From NCBI GenBank assembly GCA_016932785.1, contig JAFGCJ010000002.1, positions 13,983 to 77,982 on the forward strand: a stretch of DNA of 64,000 nt. The letters are read 5' to 3'. This document shows positions 57,935-64,000 of the stretch, piece by piece. Both the position numbers and the translations under genes were made by a program. How positions within the stretch are numbered: position 1 is the stretch's first letter; every line of letters starts with the position of its first letter. The DNA is from Candidatus Dojkabacteria bacterium. Its GTDB lineage: Bacteria; Patescibacteriota; Dojkabacteria; SC72; JAFGCJ01. The notes below the pieces were generated by a model. It was not told the origin of the DNA. It saw only the letters and a list, made by a program, of their open reading frames with translations, and did not search any database.

Positions 57935-58693
57935 TTAGTTATTGTAGACAGTTCCCATCAAGGCTTCTAGTTGTGAGTTGTTTAGTTTCTCATTTCGAAT
58001 TCCAAAAATGTAACCACCAGCCGTAATCTGTCTTCCGAAGGCAACGAGGTCTATGTCTCTTGTTGTTCCATAAAAATCCAGACAGTCCTGATCCGGAATA
58101 TCTTTGATTTTTCGATAGTTTACTCCGGAAAAGGACACATTAGAGTACTGGGCGTCATTCGTACAGGCGTTAGCGGTCATGTTTGAAAGCATATTATCCA
58201 AAGTACCGGATGTTCTTACCCAAACAGCAAATACGTCTATTGATCCACCACCTTTAAACAAAATATCTATTTCGTTTGTAGCAGGATCAGTAACGATTTC
58301 TGTATAAGTAATGTCTACAGGATATTTAAATCCGAAATCCCACGTAGAGTTGTAGTATTCGCTCCAACCTTCTGTCATATCTGGCTCCTCTGTTTCTTCA
58401 GTTGTATCCTCTTGTTGTTCATCGTCTCCTGTCTGCTCTGATTCATCTTGACTATCGTCCTCCTCATCATCAGAGGTTTCTTCCTGGGTTTCCTGGTCTT
58501 CGTCTTCTTCGTCGTTACTATCCTGATTGCGAAGTAATAGCCAAGCCATAATAGATCCAACAGCAAGAAGAATTACGATAAGTCCTGTCATCATGAGTAT
58601 TATCATCTTTGATCTCTTGTTACCTGTCGGAGGTGATACTGACTCGACCTTAGTATTTTGCGGAGTGGGTGACTTGGGGGTACTTGCTGACAT
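57935..58693 (-). CDS. Membrane-anchored protein with acidic linker and PsbP-like C-terminal domain
   Basis: TM helix, D/E tract, 'WSEYYNSTWDFGFKYP'. Confidence 0.7.
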   Translation of the reverse strand: MSASTPKSPTPQNTKVESVSPPTGNKRSKMIILMMTGLIVILLAVGSIMAWLLLRNQDSNDEEDEDQETQEETSDDEEDDSQDESEQTGDDEQQEDTTEETEEPDMTEGWSEYYNSTWDFGFKYPVDITYTEIVTDPATNEIDILFKGGGSIDVFAVWVRTSGTLDNMLSNMTANACTNDAQYSNVSFSGVNYRKIKDIPDQDCLDFYGTTRDIDLVAFGRQITAGGYIFGIRNEKLNNSQLEALMGTVYNN

Positions 58694-58829
58694 TTTAGGA
58701 ATCTTCAAATTTATATTCTTTATTTTAGCACTTTAGATTCTGAAATCGAAATTGGAGATAAGTGATCGTTATGGTGGGTTTTCCCTAGCCGTGCTATTAT
58801 GGTTATATATAATTTAAATATCTCCACCT

Positions 58830-59330
58830 ATGACCCACAAGGACGAAGAAGGAAATGAGGTGTGTTGTCCCAGATTTGATCCATCCCCTTGGGATGAAAA
58901 AATACATCACTGGGATAACAAACTTTTTATTAAGGACTCAGTACCACAATTTCTCCATATTCCTCTACCTATGATGTATTCGAAAAAAGTTAGTAAGATG
59001 TGGAATATGATTCAGGAGGCTCATGCCGATCCCGAAATCAAAGACTTTCTGCTTCTTGCCTATGACCCTTCACCGTGGAAATCTGAACTCTATATGTCTA
59101 CTACTAAAGAAGTCCCGGGTGCTGAAAATGTTAGATTATCAGGGACTTTTCTTACGAAGGTGTTTGATGGACCATACAATGCAGTACCTTCCTGGATTCC
59201 AGAGATGGACGAGTATGTAGAAAAACAAGGTAAGAAGGTAAAAAAATACTATCTTTACTATACTACATGTCCAAAATGTGCAAAAAAGTATGGACATAAT
59301 TATGCCGTAATGTTTGCTGAGATAGAATAG
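58830..59330 (+). CDS. Conserved hypothetical protein (GyrI-like, CCP...CPKC motifs)
   Basis: 'CCPRFDPSPWD...FLTKVFDGPY...YYTTCPKCAKKYGHNY'. Confidence 0.75.
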   Translation: MTHKDEEGNEVCCPRFDPSPWDEKIHHWDNKLFIKDSVPQFLHIPLPMMYSKKVSKMWNMIQEAHADPEIKDFLLLAYDPSPWKSELYMSTTKEVPGAENVRLSGTFLTKVFDGPYNAVPSWIPEMDEYVEKQGKKVKKYYLYYTTCPKCAKKYGHNYAVMFAEIE

Positions 59331-59435
59331 AAATTTGAGAACAGAGATAGTTGGGGTTATAATGAAATATTGAATGATCAAGTCGAAATGCTTCATGTTT
59401 TCTTGGTCATAAAGTAACTTAATGAAGACTTTACT

Positions 59436-59861
59436 ATGATTTCCAAATCAATTGCTGCCGTTTTTGTTTCTGTTGTGGTCTCTGCTGCCTTAGTAGTTTT
59501 TTGGATGATATTGATGTCTAATTATATTGGAGGAGGAGAACTTATTGTGCTTTTTTGGCTATTAACGTTTTTACTTGGAGGGGCTCTTGCTGTAATGACT
59601 TTCAGACAGAAAGTTAAAGGTACTATGAGAAGATTTCTATTGCTTACGGGTTTTTCAGCTGTGGGTTTTCCTCTTTTTGTTTTTGCCCATAATATGTTCT
59701 ATGCTTTGGCTATAGTATTTGAAGATTCTGATGTGCTTAGGACTATTTGTGAGGTCTTGGAGGTGTCGGGTTTTCTGATAGCTATATTTGCTTGTCCGAT
59801 TGGGTTTCTTGTGGGTGCGACTGGAGTGGGAGTTCTTCTTCTTAAGGGCAAAAAGAAGTAA
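59436..59861 (+). CDS. Four-TM membrane protein
   Basis: 141-aa hydrophobic ORF, 'FAHNMFYAL'. Confidence 0.7.
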   Translation: MISKSIAAVFVSVVVSAALVVFWMILMSNYIGGGELIVLFWLLTFLLGGALAVMTFRQKVKGTMRRFLLLTGFSAVGFPLFVFAHNMFYALAIVFEDSDVLRTICEVLEVSGFLIAIFACPIGFLVGATGVGVLLLKGKKK

Positions 59862-59946
59862 TAGTTTCTTTACTAAAAAGTTTTTCAGTTGACGGCCTTT
59901 GTATTTAACTGGACAATAGTCTTGGTTAAATTTTTTTGTTTGCCTT

Positions 59947-60663
59947 ATGAATAGCAATGCCATTATTCTCCACAAGTTTCAAAGAGATATTCTGAAAAAA
60001 ATGATTGTTAAGAGAGAATCGAGATTCAATGAGCTTCTTATTGATGGGTTGGCTAGTGAGCATGTGAACTATCATCTAAAGAAGTTAATTAGTTTTGGTT
60101 TAGTGGGTAAGATTTCTGGGAGATATGTCTTAACAGATATGGGTAAGGATTATTCAAACCTGATGGATGATGAGATTAAGATGATTGAAAAGCAGCCTAA
60201 AACATCTGTCGTTGTCCGTGCGGTTCGTGTTAATCCAGACACGGGAGAGGTAGAGCACTTGCTCAATAAACGACTTCGTGAGCCTTACTTTGGGAAGGTT
60301 GGTCACATAACGGGTAAGGTTAGATTTGGAGAAAAGATTGAAGAGGCCGCAGCCAGGGAGTTAATGGAAGAGACCGGACTTAAAGCTGGCCGGGTCGAAA
60401 TTGAAGGTATATATAGAAAGATGCGTCATCGTGAAGATGGTTCTTTTGTCCAAGACGTATTTTTTTACTGTTCGTTTGTTAAAGATCTCAGCGGAGAAAT
60501 GATAAAAAGAACGGAATATCAGGAGAATTTCTGGCTTTCTGAGACGGAGTATAAGAGAAGATATGACATTGATCTTTATGATGATTTTGAGTGGCATAAT
60601 GATGTTGAGTGTAGAAGCTTTGGATTTATTGAGAATGTTGATCAGGCTGAAGATGCTTTTTAA
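59947..60663 (+). CDS. Winged-HTH + NUDIX domain protein
   Basis: 'RFNEL...NYHLKKL...YVLTDMG' wHTH; 'GKVRFGEKIEEAAARELMEETGL' canonical Nudix box. Confidence 0.9.
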   Translation: MNSNAIILHKFQRDILKKMIVKRESRFNELLIDGLASEHVNYHLKKLISFGLVGKISGRYVLTDMGKDYSNLMDDEIKMIEKQPKTSVVVRAVRVNPDTGEVEHLLNKRLREPYFGKVGHITGKVRFGEKIEEAAARELMEETGLKAGRVEIEGIYRKMRHREDGSFVQDVFFYCSFVKDLSGEMIKRTEYQENFWLSETEYKRRYDIDLYDDFEWHNDVECRSFGFIENVDQAEDAF

Positions 60664-60722
60664 TATCGGCGGACATATTTATTATGCTATACTGTTTTAG
60701 AGTAACTTTTTATGTATAGCAT

Positions 60723-61055
60723 ATGAAGAAAGAGAAATCTGCTGACAACGATAGGTCAAAGCTGATTCTGAAAATAAGTATAATCGCTGGTGCTGTGTTG
60801 TTGATTTTGGGTGTTGTTGTTTTCCTTATATTGCGCTCTTCTTCTGGGGAATCCTCTACTCCGAGCGAGTCAGAGGAGGATAGCTTTGTTTCGTTTGTTC
60901 CTGTGTGGGCAGCTATTTTCCCTGCAATCTATGCTGGAAGAAAAAGAAAAGAAGTTGATGATAATTCGAGAAAGTGGTTGCTGATTTTTGTTGGGGTAAC
61001 CGCTCTTCTTGTAGTGATAAGTATTGTTGCGTGGATAATTTTTGCCTCGAGATAG
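60723..61055 (+). CDS. Small membrane protein
   Basis: 110 aa with three hydrophobic segments. Confidence 0.65.
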   Translation: MKKEKSADNDRSKLILKISIIAGAVLLILGVVVFLILRSSSGESSTPSESEEDSFVSFVPVWAAIFPAIYAGRKRKEVDDNSRKWLLIFVGVTALLVVISIVAWIIFASR

Positions 61056-61078
61056 GTATAACTTTTGATGTCTATTGA

Positions 61079-61669
61079 ATGAAAATTGGAGTAATATCAG
61101 ATGTACACGATAATGCGCATAATCTAGTACTTGCACTTGAGGAATTGGAAAGCCATAAAGTCGAGAAAATATGGTTTCTTGGTGATTTCGCTGGTGCTGC
61201 CATTTCAAGAATAATGATTTCATCTGTCATCCCGATTTTTGCAATCTGGGGAAATAATGATGGAGATAAGTCTTTGATTACGAAGTTTTCACTTGAGGAA
61301 GGAAGCAATCTTGAAGTAGGTTTTGCTACCTTTGATGTTGTGGAGGCTGATAAGAGAAAGGTGTTTCTTACTCATTTCCCGTTGATTGCTAAGTCTATGG
61401 CTAAGTCCGGGGAATACAATGCCGTTTTCTATGGTCATGATCATCTCAAACACGAGGAAAAGGTTGGTGATTGTCTTTTGATGAATCCCGGAGAAATTGG
61501 TGCGTATAAGACTGGTATTTGCAGTTATGCAGTCTATGATACGAAAGATAACATGGCTAAGACTTATATTGTTAAAGACTCGGTTACGACTAACACTGAG
61601 ATCTCAAAGAAAAAGTTCGAGGAGATAAAGTTTAGATGGAATTCTCTTAAGGGTCACAAACTTAACTGA
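61079..61669 (+). CDS. YfcE-like metallophosphoesterase
   Basis: SDVHD, GD, GNND, TH, GHDH, NPG. Confidence 0.92.
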   Translation: MKIGVISDVHDNAHNLVLALEELESHKVEKIWFLGDFAGAAISRIMISSVIPIFAIWGNNDGDKSLITKFSLEEGSNLEVGFATFDVVEADKRKVFLTHFPLIAKSMAKSGEYNAVFYGHDHLKHEEKVGDCLLMNPGEIGAYKTGICSYAVYDTKDNMAKTYIVKDSVTTNTEISKKKFEEIKFRWNSLKGHKLN

Positions 61670-61686
61670 TTTTCCAGTAGATCAAG

Positions 61687-62709
61687 GTGTCCCGCACTAT
61701 TTCAAGAAAAAAGTCTATTTCTGGTCTTGGCTTAAATCTTGTTACCCACACTAACGATCCGGTAAGAATTAAGAAGTATGTTGATTCTGTAAAGAAACTT
61801 AATGCCTGGATCAGGATGGAGTTTGATTTCTACAGATATGAAAAAAATCCTTCAGCTCAAATAGAACTTCTGGACTCCCTTGTGGGCAATTTTGCAGCAG
61901 CTGATATTCCGATTTTGGGACTTTTGTGCGGTAATACACCTGGGGACTTTTCGTCTCTGTTCTATCCTCAGTTGAAGTATCGATCTGTTGTAAACAGATT
62001 AAATAGCTTTCGTAAGTTTGTTAGGTTTTGCGTTAAAAGGTATGGGAATATAGTTTCACACTGGGAAATCTGGAACGAGCCAAATCTTAAGAGGTTCTGG
62101 GTGAAAAAGCTGGATTTCAGAGAGTATTCTGAAATGCTCAAAAAGGTTAGTGAAGATATTAGATCTATTCAATCTCAGTCTGTAATCGTCTGTTCCGGTA
62201 TGAGCGGAAACGACATGGATAACCTGCTTTGGTCCCCTAATTCATTGCTTAATTATAAGAAATACTTCAGCGGCATTATTGAGAATGATTACGGAAAATA
62301 TTTTGATGTAGCTAATTTTCATCCGTATTATATTCAGTGTTATGCCTCAGTTAGAAGAAGACAATATTTTGAAAAAAGATCAGTGGCAATTATTAGGGAA
62401 TTGAGATCAAGGGTAGCTGAATTAGTACCTGATAAGCCGATGTGGCTCACTGAGTTTGGAATTTCTACAACACTGAACCTTTTTTTGAGCCAGAAAGATA
62501 TCGCTAAGATTTATATTGAAGTAATAAAAGAATGTGTGAAAATGAATGTTCCTTTAGCTTTGTGGTGTCTTTATGATGAAAACAATAAAGGGTACGGGGT
62601 TACCAATCCAGAGAAGGGATTTAGTTTGTTGGATGAGGATTTAGTGCCAAACGCTATATATGATGAGCTGTTGAAGTTTGGCAGTGAAGCCTTGGGAGAG
62701 AGGAACTAG
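61687..62709 (+). CDS. Clan GH-A glycoside hydrolase (GH5/GH39-like)
   Basis: WEIWNEPN acid/base, HPY, WLTEFG nucleophile. Confidence 0.85.
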   Translation: MSRTISRKKSISGLGLNLVTHTNDPVRIKKYVDSVKKLNAWIRMEFDFYRYEKNPSAQIELLDSLVGNFAAADIPILGLLCGNTPGDFSSLFYPQLKYRSVVNRLNSFRKFVRFCVKRYGNIVSHWEIWNEPNLKRFWVKKLDFREYSEMLKKVSEDIRSIQSQSVIVCSGMSGNDMDNLLWSPNSLLNYKKYFSGIIENDYGKYFDVANFHPYYIQCYASVRRRQYFEKRSVAIIRELRSRVAELVPDKPMWLTEFGISTTLNLFLSQKDIAKIYIEVIKECVKMNVPLALWCLYDENNKGYGVTNPEKGFSLLDEDLVPNAIYDELLKFGSEALGERN

Positions 62710-62781
62710 ATGGTAGTTATAGAACATACCTTGTTGTAGTCCTAGTTCCTTCTCCTTGGGCAGTGTTGTTCTTTGCTCGAG

Positions 62782-63285
62782 TTATTTTCCGATAGATAGT
62801 AACATGTTCGCCAAAATTGCTGGTACGGAGACACATTCGTTCTGGGAGTCTAGGTTTCGATGTACACCCTTGATTTGTCCGATATCTCCAGACAGCTCGT
62901 GGGCCTGTTCCCAGGTTTGTGCATGGCCTTGCTTAATAAGCCAGTGCTCGAATGTCTGTGACCCGTTCTGTGTATAGAAATTCAACATGGTATTACCTAG
63001 TGTTGTCAGATTGCCTGCAGCATCAAGAATTCCTGCTGTCGACAGACGCAGGAGTGCTCTTGATAGAGCCTCCACTACAGCCGGATCCAGATCTAGACAC
63101 CTATCTGAGTTTGGATTACTCCCAAACCTCACAGGGTCCTGTGACGGAGATTGTGCCGAATTCGATTGGTTCGCCGGTTGGCTGGGTTGATTCAGCAGTA
63201 ACCAGCCTAGGGCACCTAGCATGATACAGATACAGATGCAAATGAATATCGACACTATGCGCGTGTTTACAAGTCTCAATTCCAT
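62782..63285 (-). CDS. Membrane-anchored hypothetical protein
   Basis: AAGGAGG SD upstream of ATG 63285; N-terminal TM then Q/S/P linker. Confidence 0.65.
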   Translation of the reverse strand: MELRLVNTRIVSIFICICICIMLGALGWLLLNQPSQPANQSNSAQSPSQDPVRFGSNPNSDRCLDLDPAVVEALSRALLRLSTAGILDAAGNLTTLGNTMLNFYTQNGSQTFEHWLIKQGHAQTWEQAHELSGDIGQIKGVHRNLDSQNECVSVPAILANMLLSIGK

Positions 63286-63392
63286 TTTCGTCCTCCTTGT
63301 GATTGTATAGAGCAAAGAATCTTGGTGATTATACCAAACCCCATAGTAGAAGACTACTGTTTATATAGTGAAAAATCGGAAACAATAAAAAG

Positions 63393-63923
63393 CTACCCCT
63401 CCCTCATCTTTAAATACTCTTCCCTGCTCATAATCTTTTCCCAATCTTCAATCTTGTCTGTGAAAAGAATACCTTCAATGTGATCATTCTCATGCAGTAT
63501 TATTCTGGCAAGTAGTCCGCCTGATGGAATTTCAAATTTCTTCCCTTCTCTATCCAAAGCCATGGCAATAACCTCAGAGCTTCTTTTTACTTGTCCAAAG
63601 AAATTCCCGTTTGCGACGCTTCCACAGCCTTCGTAGTCTACGACCGTCTCTTTCGAAGCAGAGACGATTTCTGGATTTATAAAAGTAAGGATGTTAACAT
63701 CAGGCTTGTTTTTTTCATCGCGGCTTCTTACATCTTTGGCAACGAAAATTCTGAGATTTTCACCAATCTGAGGAGCTGCCAGTCCAACGAGCTTTGCTGC
63801 TTCCATTGTTTCGATCATGTCGTCAATCAAACTCTGAATGTCAGGTAATTGATTAAGATCGACCAGGGAGGATTTATTTCTTAGAATTTCATTTCCTGCC
63901 TGTACAACATTTTTTACTGCCAT
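63393..63923 (-). CDS. def: Peptide deformylase
   Basis: GLAAPQIG, EGCGS, HENDHIEG. Confidence 0.95.
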   Translation of the reverse strand: MAVKNVVQAGNEILRNKSSLVDLNQLPDIQSLIDDMIETMEAAKLVGLAAPQIGENLRIFVAKDVRSRDEKNKPDVNILTFINPEIVSASKETVVDYEGCGSVANGNFFGQVKRSSEVIAMALDREGKKFEIPSGGLLARIILHENDHIEGILFTDKIEDWEKIMSREEYLKMREG

Positions 63924-64000
63924 AGTGTCTGATTATAGCAAAAAAGAGAGTGAAACTGGGGATTAAAGAAGGCTGCTGGAAAACATTACCAACTCATTAT

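Noticed and set aside
33400-63400. Integron cassette array explaining the many small accessory genes
   Set aside because: Genes are in mixed orientation with their own promoters; no recurring attC-like sites or integron integrase seen.

Overview
A 64-kb, moderately AT-rich bacterial chromosome segment in the standard genetic code 11. Its gene content and style suggest a Patescibacteria/CPR organism (inference): cupin-type GPI homologue, CPR-type lysozyme-like proteins, rplS with a long tail, and mostly leaderless genes. The left half (1-30.5 kb) is core: uvrC, dnaE, uvrA, tRNA-Gly(TCC), mnmA, gpmI, rplS-rnhB-yraN and tRNA-Lys(TTT). Directly after tRNA-Lys lies a defence-type hotspot with a DUF4365 nuclease, relics of a type IIG R-M gene and an Mrr-like gene, and an intact MazG-like + GIY-YIG/DUF2075-helicase pair. 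It is followed by about 30 kb of small accessory genes and gene relics. The most notable observations are: (1) a stand-alone protein with the motif set of phycodnavirus/fungal (Cet1-type) RNA 5'-triphosphatases at 57.3-57.9 kb; (2) a NUDIX-Schlafen(AlbA_2) fusion at 40.4-41.8 kb; (3) the MazG/GIY-YIG-helicase pair; (4) two ~135-bp REP-doublet elements whose ends match cross-wise around a 3-kb three-gene segment; (5) an msrB missing from the ORF track that lacks a canonical in-frame start; (6) two adjacent pseudoenzymes in one operon. All family calls come from motif recognition by eye; no database search was run.
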